54,668 nucleotides of DNA from a virus. This document shows positions 41,340 to 50,323 of the stretch, piece after piece (the stretch's first letter is position 1; every line of letters starts with the position of its first letter). The stretch lies in the IMG/VR virus record IMGVR_UViG_3300050026_000192; one strand, written 5' to 3'. The notes under the pieces were generated by a model. The model searched no databases. It was not told the origin of the DNA and saw nothing but the letters and a program-made list of their open reading frames with translations. The translations under genes and the position numbers were made by a program.

Positions 41340-41887
41340 TTTATTTGTCCTTCCAACGGCGTCACCATCGCGTAAAGGATGTGGTCCCGCCAGCATCCGT
41401 CTATCTTCCCGTAGGACTTCGCTAAGCCCTCAATCTGAAACCCGACGAACTCGAGCAGGTGGTTCGAATTCCGGTTCTCGGGCAGCGTCGCGGCCTCAAC
41501 CCTGTGAAGGCGGAGTTTATCGAAGGCGAATGCCAAGCCGACACGCAAGGCACGCAAGGCCAGGCCAGACCCGGAATACTGCTGACCAACCCATCCGGCG
41601 AGAATGGCGCTCTGACCGGCGCCGCGCTTCACCTGGTCGAAAGATAATTGGCCAAACATTCGAGCATCGGCCGAGCGGAAAAGCAGGAACGCGTACCCTC
41701 GATCGCTCTCGATCTCGGCCGCCTGCTTTGCTAGCCTTTGCCGGAACCCAGTCAACGACATGTCGTCGGCGGTCCAAGTCGGCTCCCATGGCGCGATGAA
41801 TTCTTGGCTTGACCGGCGAAGCTCTGACCATTCCTCAAAGTCGCCGATCGACGCGGGGCGGAGATAGACGCCGTGGCCTGAGATCAA
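41336..41887 (-). CDS. GNAT N-acetyltransferase (RimJ/RimL-like)
   Basis: LRPASIGDFEEW...APWEP...QSAILAGWVGQQYSGSGLALRAL...LRLHRVEAATLPENRNSNHLLEFVGFQIEG matches the Acetyltransf_3 pattern. Confidence 0.8.
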   Translation of the reverse strand: MISGHGVYLRPASIGDFEEWSELRRSSQEFIAPWEPTWTADDMSLTGFRQRLAKQAAEIESDRGYAFLLFRSADARMFGQLSFDQVKRGAGQSAILAGWVGQQYSGSGLALRALRVGLAFAFDKLRLHRVEAATLPENRNSNHLLEFVGFQIEGLAKSYGKIDGCWRDHILYAMVTPLEGQIK

Positions 41888-42531
41888 ACGAGAAATCCTC
41901 GCGACTGCACAAACTCAATAGGATCGCGCGCACTCTTTGACTGGTTGCATGGGCGGCATAACAATTGAAGATTGCGCGCGGCGTTTGATCCGCCCTTCGA
42001 TAGGGCTTTTATGTGATCTATCTCACCGGCTCGCTTAAGCCAAGCCCCACAGTAGGCGCAACGATCTTTTTGTGCTTTGCGGATGCGGGAAATATCGGCC
42101 GCACAATACGATCCGCCAGCGCCGTGTTTTAAAGCGCGCCTTTTATGCTTATGAATTTTCGCTCTCTGCGGGTTTTTCTTTCGATACGCGAGATTGTAAC
42201 AGCGAATTTTCTCAATATTTTCGGCACGCCATTTTCGGGTTGCCTCAAGCCGCTTCTTCCGATTATTCAGCCGATACAGTCGCGCAGATGCCAGTTCCTT
42301 ATCGCGATACCCTTGGCGTCTAATCTGCTTATCATCGCGCGCCTTTTGCGGATTCTCAGTGCGCCATTTTCTTTCGTTTTCTTTCAGGCATTCGGAGCAC
42401 TGACCGGTCGACGCGTATCTCGTCGCCACATGGCCGCGCCTGCACTTTTCGCCTGTAAAGAACCGCTTCGCCCCACTCGCTATTGCCTCTTTACGAGTGG
42501 GCGGAAATTGCTCTAGTCTGTCGTCAGCCAT
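41884..42531 (-). CDS. HNH endonuclease
   Basis: C-terminal CAYCG...EIDHIKALSKGGSNAARNLQLLCRPCNQSK. AT-richer DNA, immediately downstream of terL. Confidence 0.8.
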   Translation of the reverse strand: MADDRLEQFPPTRKEAIASGAKRFFTGEKCRRGHVATRYASTGQCSECLKENERKWRTENPQKARDDKQIRRQGYRDKELASARLYRLNNRKKRLEATRKWRAENIEKIRCYNLAYRKKNPQRAKIHKHKRRALKHGAGGSYCAADISRIRKAQKDRCAYCGAWLKRAGEIDHIKALSKGGSNAARNLQLLCRPCNQSKSARDPIEFVQSRGFLV

Positions 42532-42605
42532 CGGCCCGCTCCATCGGGTTGCCGGTTAGAGGGCCGTTGCGGTTGACGCCGCTGCGGCCTTCGCTTTTAT
42601 ACTCC

Positions 42606-44102
42606 CTAAATGGTTAGAACGCCATACTCGTCGGCGCCGCGCCGGCTTCCCAAACCGCCATAGTCTCCCAAATTATCGGGCTTCTCTGGCACGGGAACGG
42701 ATGGGACAATCATTTTGTCGATGAGCTGGAAACACAAACCAAGGCTATCTGTGATATCGTCATGGACGCCGGCAGGGAACCGAAGAATCTCTGATTCAAA
42801 CTCGGTACGCCACACCGACGATGCAAGATATCTTAACCCCCGAGACGCGATGTAAGCGCGAAATGACTGCGCTCTCACCGCCTTGTCGCCCCTAGTCGGG
42901 AATGTCTCTTGCGCAACGTAAGCGCGGCGCTCGTTCATCGTTCTGCTAAGAAATGGGCCGATGCCAGCCGTTATCTGCCCTTTTTCAGATGCCCACCCCA
43001 TCGGCTTCCACTTCAGAACTAAGTCGCATAGCGCAGCTACCCACTCGTCAGACGCCGCTTGCTTGCGCCACAGATCGACCAGCCACGGGTCGCCGTTAGT
43101 ATCAAGCCCAATCACTACGTGGACCGTGTAGTCGCCGCCGCCGCCGGTCACAGCGTAGTCGGAACCGCCATAGAGCCTGAGGCTTTCCTTGGGCGGTACA
43201 ACATCAACGGGAATCAGCCATTCTCGTTTGAAATAGTTACCGGTGTCAGGAACCGGCTCTTGCTGGTAAAGCGCTGACCACGTTCTCGGATCGCCTGCGG
43301 TTTCGGCCTTGCGATCTCTGAGAAACCGCCCGTAATCGTAGCCGTTTGGCTCATCCCAAAGCATGACGCCAGCAGGGCGGCCAAGCGGATCATCATCGGG
43401 TCCAAGAGATTCAGCCCGGATCTTAAGCCGCCGATAAGGCTTGCCGATATCTTCCATTTGCTTGACTATTCGGCCAGCTAAATCATCCTCATGAAAGCGC
43501 TGGTGCATGATGACCCGCTTGGCGCCGGGCCGCAGACGAGACGAGAAATCGTTGATATACCAATCCCATACGCGATCGCGAATGCGCTTGGACTCCGCGT
43601 CCTCTCGCGAACCAAACGGATCGTCAATGATCCCTAGAACTGCCCTGAAGCCAAGAATGCCGACGCCAACGCCAACCGCGTAATACTCGCCGCCGCCGAC
43701 CGTCGCCCAGCGATTGGCCGCCGTGCTGTCCGAGCTAAGCGAGACGCCCAACAACGGGCCAGCCTCGCCGACCAGATTGCGGGTCTTTCGTCCCCAACGC
43801 TCGGCTAATTCAGACGAATGCGAGGCGGTCAGAACATCCGCGTCAATCGCTCGCGCTAAATACCACGCTGGAAACAAATAGTTAACGTAGGTTGACTTCG
43901 CGCTACCTGGCGGCTGCTCAATTAAAAGCAGGTCTTCCTCGCCGCCTATCAGTGCCTCAAGTTCGGCAATCAGAAGCAGATGATGCGGAGCTGGCTCAAA
44001 GCCGCGCGTGCGACAGAATTCAGTTAAGGACCGCCTTGCGCGCCTGCGCCTCAGCAACTCCGTCGCGGCCTGTGCGGGCGATATCCGCGAGTTCGCCATC
44101 AT
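42606..44102 (-). CDS. terL: terminase large subunit
   Basis: 498 aa. N-terminal AATELLRRRRARRSLTEF, Walker A-like QPPGSAKS, and IIDDPFGSREDAES. Overlaps terS by 83 nt. Confidence 0.9.
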   Translation of the reverse strand: MMANSRISPAQAATELLRRRRARRSLTEFCRTRGFEPAPHHLLLIAELEALIGGEEDLLLIEQPPGSAKSTYVNYLFPAWYLARAIDADVLTASHSSELAERWGRKTRNLVGEAGPLLGVSLSSDSTAANRWATVGGGEYYAVGVGVGILGFRAVLGIIDDPFGSREDAESKRIRDRVWDWYINDFSSRLRPGAKRVIMHQRFHEDDLAGRIVKQMEDIGKPYRRLKIRAESLGPDDDPLGRPAGVMLWDEPNGYDYGRFLRDRKAETAGDPRTWSALYQQEPVPDTGNYFKREWLIPVDVVPPKESLRLYGGSDYAVTGGGGDYTVHVVIGLDTNGDPWLVDLWRKQAASDEWVAALCDLVLKWKPMGWASEKGQITAGIGPFLSRTMNERRAYVAQETFPTRGDKAVRAQSFRAYIASRGLRYLASSVWRTEFESEILRFPAGVHDDITDSLGLCFQLIDKMIVPSVPVPEKPDNLGDYGGLGSRRGADEYGVLTI

Positions 44103-44457
44103 CCATTTCCGCCGGGTCGTTTATGTTCTTGCGTTCTGATCTCTCAATCCTTAAGCCTGTTAGAACGCCCTTTTCCTTCAAGGCGGAAATGGCTGGCGCA
44201 AATTGCCCGGCCGCGAACGCCGCGTTCCCAATCTTCACTGCTTCGTCAATCAGACTTTGGAGAGTCACTTCGGCTCTAATAGCGCCACGATCAATGATTT
44301 CAGCCACTCTGGCCGAGATGCTTTCATGGGCTTTCAACCGGGAGGCGTTGTCCTTGTTTCGTTTATAGCCAGCAAGCACATAGGCTTCGTCGCCGGTTCT
44401 GCCCTTTGACAGCTCTTGAGCGAATCGCTCGTGCTTTGGATTGGCGAGCGCTGGCAA
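44020..44457 (-). CDS. terS: terminase small subunit (Terminase_2-like)
   Basis: NPKHERFAQELSKGRTGDEAYVLAGY...SRLKAHESISARVAEI. TTG start after GGGGAG. Confidence 0.75.
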   Translation of the reverse strand: MPALANPKHERFAQELSKGRTGDEAYVLAGYKRNKDNASRLKAHESISARVAEIIDRGAIRAEVTLQSLIDEAVKIGNAAFAAGQFAPAISALKEKGVLTGLRIERSERKNINDPAEMDDGELADIARTGRDGVAEAQARKAVLN

Positions 44458-44625
44458 TTACGTCTCCCCTTCTGGGATTGAGTGGCGGTCGCGGATGGGC
44501 TTACGGCGAGCGTGACGACCTGGGCGCTCTTTTGGCTTGATGGGACTGTCAATATCAGCCTGAACGCGAGCTATGTGCCGTTCAAACTCGGCAGCGTTTC
44601 GGTAGGGGATCATAGTCTTAGGCAT
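44458..44625 (-). CDS. small basic protein (55 aa)
   Basis: Hand translation gives MPKTMIPYRNAAEFERHIARVQADIDSPIKPKERPGRHARRKPIRDRHSIPEGET. GGGAG RBS. Its stop abuts the terS start. Confidence 0.5.
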   Translation of the reverse strand: MPKTMIPYRNAAEFERHIARVQADIDSPIKPKERPGRHARRKPIRDRHSIPEGET

Positions 44626-44739
44626 ATTAGCTCCCGCGCGAAAACGGCCGAGACCTAGCCTGATACGGTACAGGTGCAGTTTCGGAGATGCAGGGTGATC
44701 GTCGGCGCTTGGTCAAGAGCCGCCGCGCGGAATGGGGAA

Positions 44740-44949
44740 TTAAATCAAGCGGGCCGGATTGATTACCTCGAGCCGTCGGAAAGGGACAAATCTCTCGAGC
44801 ACTAAGTCCTTGTTTATAAAGTGCTCAAGCGATTTTACGGCTATATATTTCTCGAGCGCCCCGCCTCCCTTAATCCGGCGCATCAGCACGCGGGTTTCGG
44901 CCTTTTCAAACGAAACGCGGGCCCATTTTTCAATGGCCCGCGCTCGCAT
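44740..44949 (-). CDS. hypothetical protein (69 aa)
   Basis: ORF track. AT-richer DNA; a TTGACA lies 27 nt upstream of the ATG. Coding status uncertain. Confidence 0.35.
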   Translation of the reverse strand: MRARAIEKWARVSFEKAETRVLMRRIKGGGALEKYIAVKSLEHFINKDLVLERFVPFRRLEVINPARLI

Positions 44950-44978
44950 TCTAGTAATGGCACATTCAATTTAGGTTG

Positions 44979-45554
44979 TCAACGCCTTCCACGCCGGTGG
45001 CGTGACGACAATCCGCGATGTTTCCACAGAGCCTCTGCAACATCGAGAATTGCCGTCTTGGTTGACCCTAGCGGCGCGGCGTCATCTAGGACAACCGCGC
45101 AGAATTGTTTGTATCGATCTCGCCCACAGGCTAACGCGGCAAGCTCGGCGGATTCAAATTCAGCAATTACTTTTTGCTCCGCCTTGGCCTTCCGCAAACA
45201 AACCTCAGAAAATGGGTCCGGCGGCTCGGATTTAGACGTTAGCTCAAAAGATGGCGACTTGATTGTCTTAGCATCCACCGCCTCTAAATACTTGACATGT
45301 CTCTCAAAAAACCACATACAGGTGCGGAATAAAGCTTCCGAATGGGGCAATTTCCCTAGGTCACCGCGCTTAGCCATAAACCCGATTTGCATCCCTCGCT
45401 CTTGCGACCCCGCCTCGCTCAACATGGCGTCTAGCCGCTTCATAATTGTTTCAGGAGCCCGCTCGGCAACCGACATGAACTCAGGTTCGGCCTTCGGCTT
45501 ACGAACCGCCAACGAAGTAGTTAGATTGATTGGAATCCTAGCACTCTCGTTCAT
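44979..45554 (-). CDS. hypothetical protein (191 aa)
   Basis: ORF track. Confidence 0.6.
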   Translation of the reverse strand: MNESARIPINLTTSLAVRKPKAEPEFMSVAERAPETIMKRLDAMLSEAGSQERGMQIGFMAKRGDLGKLPHSEALFRTCMWFFERHVKYLEAVDAKTIKSPSFELTSKSEPPDPFSEVCLRKAKAEQKVIAEFESAELAALACGRDRYKQFCAVVLDDAAPLGSTKTAILDVAEALWKHRGLSSRHRRGRR

Positions 45555-45596
45555 ACTGCCCGCCTCAGTTTATGGGTGATTGCCAAAAGGGGCGTT

Positions 45597-45773
45597 TCAC
45601 GGCGCCTCGACCACGACAAACGGCCACGACTGGCAGGCCACGATTTTGGCTGCCGCCCGATAGGCATCTTCCTCGCTAGCATAAATAGCAGTCGCATCAG
45701 CCTCATCGTCCTGCATGATTAGGAATATACGGCCTGAGGACGGATTGCGGACTAGGATTACCCACATGCTCAT
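45597..45773 (-). CDS. hypothetical protein (58 aa)
   Basis: Internal ATG (MSMWVILVRNP...) with ATGA overlap upstream. Confidence 0.5.
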   Translation of the reverse strand: MSMWVILVRNPSSGRIFLIMQDDEADATAIYASEEDAYRAAAKIVACQSWPFVVVEAP

Positions 45774-46312
45774 TCGCCCTTTCCCATAATTGCCAACGCC
45801 TGCGGCGAAAGCGTGCATGGCTTGTCGGAATAGTCGGTCGGCTTTGGCGGATATCTTGCCGCATCAAACTTGGAGCCGATAACCAGGTCCGGGTATCTCG
45901 CCATCAGTTCCTCGCGCGTCGGTCGCGTTGACTTGTCGGCCGGAGGTGGAATGGCTTCGCGCTCGCGGCGGCGCTCCTCGGCCCGCATTTCGGCAAAGAT
46001 CGGCGCCATCTCGGCTTCGCAAGCGTGTCGAACCTCAGCAACGGTAGGAAGCCATTGCGACCGGCCAGCTATGCCAATGCGAGGGTCAGAGACCCGGCGG
46101 ACGACTGCCTCAGGATATGAGCTTAGGATCGCCGCCAGTGCCCGAACGTAAATTTCAGCGTCCTCAGCCTCGCCCTTGCGGTAGCAGCCGAGGAGAATCT
46201 TCGCGCTCTCGCTCGCGATTTCTGGCGAGCAATTCGCCGATTGACGGCGGGATTGGTCCGATTGTGACCTTTCCGCTGGCAACATCTTCGCAAAGTTTCT
46301 TAGCGGCTTCAT
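45770..46312 (-). CDS. hypothetical replication-module protein (180 aa; start uncertain)
   Basis: ORF track. Overlaps the 3' end of the upstream gene by 149 nt in another frame. ATG 46285 is an alternative start. Confidence 0.5.
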   Translation of the reverse strand: MKPLRNFAKMLPAERSQSDQSRRQSANCSPEIASESAKILLGCYRKGEAEDAEIYVRALAAILSSYPEAVVRRVSDPRIGIAGRSQWLPTVAEVRHACEAEMAPIFAEMRAEERRREREAIPPPADKSTRPTREELMARYPDLVIGSKFDAARYPPKPTDYSDKPCTLSPQALAIMGKGE

Positions 46313-46949
46313 GGACGGATTTCTCTGGGTTTGATTGACGATTGGATGAATGGATTATCGTCGGCCCTGCGCGCGCCTCCGGCCGATCTTCGCTGTCCCT
46401 AGCAAACCACTCGGGCTTGAAACCCTGCCAACCGCGTTCAACCATCATTCGCGCCGCAGCGTCTGGCTTTCCCGTCTCGGCAAACCCTTTGGCAAGGCCA
46501 TCGGCGGCCATCGCCGTCAGGGGTTTTCGGAGCTTTTGGCGGAACTCAACGACACCAGCCGCGACCTCCGGCGAGAGAACGGTTTCCAGGATTGCTGCCG
46601 GGTCGCGCTTCGCTGACGGCGATTTCTTTGAACTTACGTTAGTAAGTTCTTCTTTTCTTTCTATAATATCTTCTTCTATCGCATTAAGAACACGCGCACG
46701 CGAGGGAAGATCCCCTACCGGGGCGTCATTCGTTACGGTTGTTACGTTAGTGACGCTCGTTACGTCTGTTACGTCACTATCCGTAACAGTTACGGCTTTG
46801 GATATGGTCATGGCTTGTTTACGGACGCGATAGCGCGCCTGCCGCTGAGCACCAGACGACTTGGTTTTAAGGCGGCAAAGCACAGCGGCAACTTGATCAG
46901 CCGTGAATCCTTCGCCCGCCATCGCGGTTGCGACGTCAGCAGCGTCCAT
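46164..46949 (-). CDS. putative replication initiator / replisome organiser carrying internal iterons
   Basis: ORF track. The VTVTDSDVTDVTSVTNVTTVTN linker is encoded by GTTACG repeats next to an AT-rich tract, a layout like lambda O. Confidence 0.55.
   Translation of the reverse strand: MDAADVATAMAGEGFTADQVAAVLCRLKTKSSGAQRQARYRVRKQAMTISKAVTVTDSDVTDVTSVTNVTTVTNDAPVGDLPSRARVLNAIEEDIIERKEELTNVSSKKSPSAKRDPAAILETVLSPEVAAGVVEFRQKLRKPLTAMAADGLAKGFAETGKPDAAARMMVERGWQGFKPEWFARDSEDRPEARAGPTIIHSSNRQSNPEKSVHEAAKKLCEDVASGKVTIGPIPPSIGELLARNREREREDSPRLLPQGRG
46621..46823. promoter_or_regulatory. candidate origin of replication (AT-rich tract plus GTTACG iterons)
   Basis: The AT-rich tract 46621-46690 contains the palindrome gaacttac-gtta-gtaagttc. 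GTTACG occurs at 46732, 46741, 46759, 46768 and 46789, inverted at 46782, and as the variant TTTACG at 46818. Confidence 0.6.
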
Positions 46950-47143
46950 TATGCCTTCGCCTCAATCTTTGCCTTAGCGACCTGTCGCTGGCCGTAGCAC
47001 TCGCTGAGATCGATGATGGCGGCTCTCACGCGCTCAACCAGCAAGTCCATCTCAGCGGGGCGCGGCTTGCGTTGGAACCCTCGCGCGATTGAGAGCGTTA
47101 TCTTGATAGCGTTGATGCGCGAAAGTTCGGCGGCGGTTGTCAT
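46949..47143 (-). CDS. hypothetical protein (64 aa)
   Basis: Internal ATG (MTTAAELSR...) with ATGA overlap upstream and TAATG downstream. Confidence 0.5.
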   Translation of the reverse strand: MTTAAELSRINAIKITLSIARGFQRKPRPAEMDLLVERVRAAIIDLSECYGQRQVAKAKIEAKA

Positions 47144-47391
47144 GCGATCTCCTCGCCAAAGAGCGCTAACTGCTCGCCGCATTTCGGATAGTTGATCGTT
47201 CCGGGAAAAGGGCCGCCGGAGTGATGGAATGGAAACCCAGGCTCGCCAGCGCGCACCCAGGCGATCATCGGCGGCATGGAGGGACCAATGAATTCTGGAA
47301 AAGGTCGCAAGAGCGCGTCAAACATCATCGGCCACTCGGATGGATCGACCTTGAGAAAAAGCCTGGTATCAAACGTCTGGTGACGATTCAT
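47140..47391 (-). CDS. hypothetical protein (83 aa)
   Basis: ORF track. ATGA overlap. Confidence 0.55.
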   Translation of the reverse strand: MNRHQTFDTRLFLKVDPSEWPMMFDALLRPFPEFIGPSMPPMIAWVRAGEPGFPFHHSGGPFPGTINYPKCGEQLALFGEEIA

Positions 47392-47864
47392 TCGGCGGCC
47401 TGTGCTGGCGCCTCGGCCGCCTCTTCATGCGGGAATCCGTCCGGCCACAGCCGCGTCTTGACCGCCTCGAAGGCGACCGAAAACTCAGGATCGGTCATCA
47501 CTAGAAAGTCGGCGCGCATGACGGCGTTGCGGATTGTCGTCGGGTCACGGTCGCCGAGGCGACGGCCGATCTCGGGCGTGGACATGCCGAGGCCCTTGCG
47601 CATAAGGCGCGCGGCGGCGAATCGCGCATTGCAAAGGTGCCACACCTGACAATGGCCGGTCAGCTCAGGCAGCGTGATTCGGAATTGTTCGGAGACGGCG
47701 ATGAGAATCGCACGTGGCGTGACGCGGCCGTAGAAGCGCATCACGCCTTCGACTGTGTTGGTTCGCGCTTCCTTGCGGCTTCGCAATTCTCGGACATAGT
47801 TCAAGCGCCAGCTTGAATATCCCGCCGTCCTGTTTCGCTTCGGTTCGATCTCGCAGACGCTCAT
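47388..47864 (-). CDS. DnaA domain-IV-like DNA-binding protein
   Basis: AILIAVSEQFRITLPELTG...ARFAAARLMRKGLGMSTPEIGRRLGDRDPTTIRNAV parallels the DnaA C-terminal domain (Bac_DnaA_C). ATG 47864 follows GGAG. Confidence 0.7.
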   Translation of the reverse strand: MSVCEIEPKRNRTAGYSSWRLNYVRELRSRKEARTNTVEGVMRFYGRVTPRAILIAVSEQFRITLPELTGHCQVWHLCNARFAAARLMRKGLGMSTPEIGRRLGDRDPTTIRNAVMRADFLVMTDPEFSVAFEAVKTRLWPDGFPHEEAAEAPAQAAE

Positions 47865-47879
47865 GATCTCCACTCCGTT

Positions 47880-48923
47880 TCACGACGCAAAAGTCAGAAG
47901 ATCGGCTTTTCTCTCCGGCTTGGCCGAAAGCATGTTTTTCACGGCCTGCTGGAAATAGGACGGCTTTAGCTCGAATCCGACGCCCCTGCGGCCCATGTGA
48001 ACTGCGCACCAAGTCTCTGATGCGATGCCAAGGAATGGTGTCAGCACCACGTCGCCGGGATTGCTCCATAGATCGATGCATCGCTCGATGACGTCGAGCT
48101 GCAGCGGCGAGATGTGCGCCTCGTCCTTTTCATCACGGGCGTTGCGATATTGCAGCGTCCTAGTCTGGTTGATATCCATCCAAACCGGGCTGGCGTATCG
48201 CTGCCAGACTAAGACGGAAACCCACATATCAAAGGGCCACGCCTTACGGCCTTCGGCCTCAACTTGACGCCGGTGACGATCGTAAGCCTCGCGCGACACG
48301 TCGATCCCGGTAGAGGACCGAGCATCGGCCCATTTTCCACTACCGTCCGGCGCAGCGCCGATCCATTCCTCAAACATGCCGTCGATCGGTTCAGGGTTCT
48401 CGCCATGCTTGCGGAACGTGACGATGTAGTCGGCCAGCCCTTGCCCGCTCATCGAACTGTCTTTTTGAATTTGCTTGTGGAGCAAGCGAAGGCTCTTGGT
48501 GCGCTGCTGCGCGATCACCGGGTCTTTCCAAATGCAGACCTCGGAGTGAAAAATCCATCCCGCATCCTCATAGGCGCGGATGATTTCGCCGCGGAAATCG
48601 CGCATGCCAATGAACCCGTCCCGCGTTTTAGAGCGGGGCAACTGCATACAATGAACGCTGTGAAGGCGCCCAGGCTTCGTGACGCGCAACAATTCAGCGA
48701 TGAGAAAGGAATAGTGTTCCCAAAATTGCGCGCCTTCGTTGTTGGAAATATCGCGATCGAAGTTGCTGAATTTATAAAGCCCGATGAACGGCGGCGAGTG
48801 GATGCCAAAATGTACGCTCTCACTCGGGACGGCGCGGATCAGTTCGCACGCATCGCCCTGATAGATTGCGTAATCGTCATTGACAACCTGATCGACGGCC
48901 TTGATCTCCGCCACAACATTCAT
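47880..48923 (-). CDS. DNA methyltransferase (N6_N4_Mtase family, SPPF motif IV)
   Basis: HSPPF catalytic motif precedes the AdoMet motif VVLTPFLGIASE (beta-class order). ATG 48923 follows GGAGAA. Confidence 0.85.
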   Translation of the reverse strand: MNVVAEIKAVDQVVNDDYAIYQGDACELIRAVPSESVHFGIHSPPFIGLYKFSNFDRDISNNEGAQFWEHYSFLIAELLRVTKPGRLHSVHCMQLPRSKTRDGFIGMRDFRGEIIRAYEDAGWIFHSEVCIWKDPVIAQQRTKSLRLLHKQIQKDSSMSGQGLADYIVTFRKHGENPEPIDGMFEEWIGAAPDGSGKWADARSSTGIDVSREAYDRHRRQVEAEGRKAWPFDMWVSVLVWQRYASPVWMDINQTRTLQYRNARDEKDEAHISPLQLDVIERCIDLWSNPGDVVLTPFLGIASETWCAVHMGRRGVGFELKPSYFQQAVKNMLSAKPERKADLLTFAS

Positions 48924-48928
48924 GTGTT

Positions 48929-50323
48929 TCACGCGGCTTCTCCAAGCCAAGAGGGGATGACAAGCGGTTCGGTCGGCGAGTAATCAGGGCGATCGCGAGC
49001 CATGCCGCGCACGCTCTGGCTAGACAAATCAGCCATGTGCATGACGAGAGCCGCCGCCATGCGTTCCGCATCGGCCTCTTTGCGGCGATAGTTGGCGACA
49101 ACGGCACCCTCAGTCTCCGCAGCGATGAAATGGACGTTGACTTGCTTGCTCTGCCCGAAGCGCCAGAAACGGCGAATGGCCTGGTAGGTTTGCTCGAAAC
49201 TATCGCTGGCGCCGACAAAACCCGTATCAGCGCAGTGCTGCCAATTCATCCCGTGGCCCGCGATCGATGGCTTGGTGACAAGAACGCGAATGCGCCCCTC
49301 GCTGAAATCAATCAGCTTGCGCTCTTTGTCCGCGTCGTCATCAGAGCCCCGAACCTCGACAGCGCCGGAAATGCCAGACGTGATTGCGGCGCTCTCGTCG
49401 TTGAGATTGCACCACCAGACGAACGGGCGATCCTTCGGGGTGAGGGAAATCGCTGTCTCAACGCGATTGGCGATTGACGCCCGCCGCGCCTTGATCCTCT
49501 CGCCGAGACCTTGCGCCTCCATCGGGAACAAAAGCCCGGTGTCCATCGATGGCTCATAGGCTACGCCGACCGTGTGCTGAATTTCCCTGAGCGGCGGCAG
49601 ATCATAGCCTGCGTCGTCGTATCCAAGGTCTGACGGCTTGCGCAGCATGACCGACCACGACGCCATCCATTTCCAAAACGCATCCTCGGCGTGACCTTTG
49701 AGCCGCCATTTTTGCGTCTCACCGCCATCGTGCGTGAAGAACGTCGCCAGCATATCGGTGTAGGACATGACGCCAAGAAATTCAGAGTGGTTGCCAAGCT
49801 CCATGAAATCGTTGGGCGCTGGCGTCGCCGTAGCTGCTAGGCGAAATGGAATTTGCGCGCATTCCTCAATCAATTTCGTACGATAGTGGCCGTCCTGAGC
49901 CTTCAAGATCGAGGATTCATCCAAGACCACGCCGCCAAATTGAGAGAGATCGAAATGCGGCAATTTCTGATAGTTTGTGACGCACGTTCCGGTCTGCACG
50001 TCGCCCTGCGTCGTCACGATTGACGCCTGCTCGCCGAACTTATCGGCTTCGCGAATGTGCTGTTTGGAAACCGCGAGCGGCGCAAAACACAATACGGGCT
50101 TGCCAGTGTGCTTCGCGACCTGGCGCGACCATTCTAGTTCGATGAGCGTCTTGCCTAGCCCAGTGCCCGCGAAAACGGCCGCGCGGCCCCTTCTGAGCGC
50201 CCAACGGGTTATGTCGGCTTGGTGGGGCTTGAAGCAATCCGGCATAGGCGCGGGGTGCGCCAGACCTGTCATCGGATCGACGACGCGCTTGCGAGCGAGA
50301 AACTCCTGATAAGCGGCGCTCAA
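48929..50323 (-). CDS. SNF2/DEAD-like helicase
   Basis: AGTGLGKT (Walker A), VVLDESS (DExx), LAATATP and HGMNWQ motifs. Confidence 0.85.
   Translation of the reverse strand: MSAAYQEFLARKRVVDPMTGLAHPAPMPDCFKPHQADITRWALRRGRAAVFAGTGLGKTLIELEWSRQVAKHTGKPVLCFAPLAVSKQHIREADKFGEQASIVTTQGDVQTGTCVTNYQKLPHFDLSQFGGVVLDESSILKAQDGHYRTKLIEECAQIPFRLAATATPAPNDFMELGNHSEFLGVMSYTDMLATFFTHDGGETQKWRLKGHAEDAFWKWMASWSVMLRKPSDLGYDDAGYDLPPLREIQHTVGVAYEPSMDTGLLFPMEAQGLGERIKARRASIANRVETAISLTPKDRPFVWWCNLNDESAAITSGISGAVEVRGSDDDADKERKLIDFSEGRIRVLVTKPSIAGHGMNWQHCADTGFVGASDSFEQTYQAIRRFWRFGQSKQVNVHFIAAETEGAVVANYRRKEADAERMAAALVMHMADLSSQSVRGMARDRPDYSPTEPLVIPSWLGEAA

Noticed and set aside
41461-41472. tRNA T-loop-like GGTTCGAATTCC
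   Set aside because: It lies inside the GNAT coding region. The flanking bases cannot form T-stem or acceptor-stem pairs, and no cloverleaf could be built by hand.
41336-41887. The GNAT as a TacT/AtaT-type toxin of a toxin-antitoxin pair
   Set aside because: The motif pattern is RimJ/RimL-like (Acetyltransf_3). There is no small RHH or DUF1778-type partner. Its neighbours are an HNH nuclease and an exported protein coupled by ATGA overlaps.
48264-48983. 239-aa plus-strand ORF
   Set aside because: It lies antisense to the methyltransferase gene, which carries clear SPPF and AdoMet-binding motifs.
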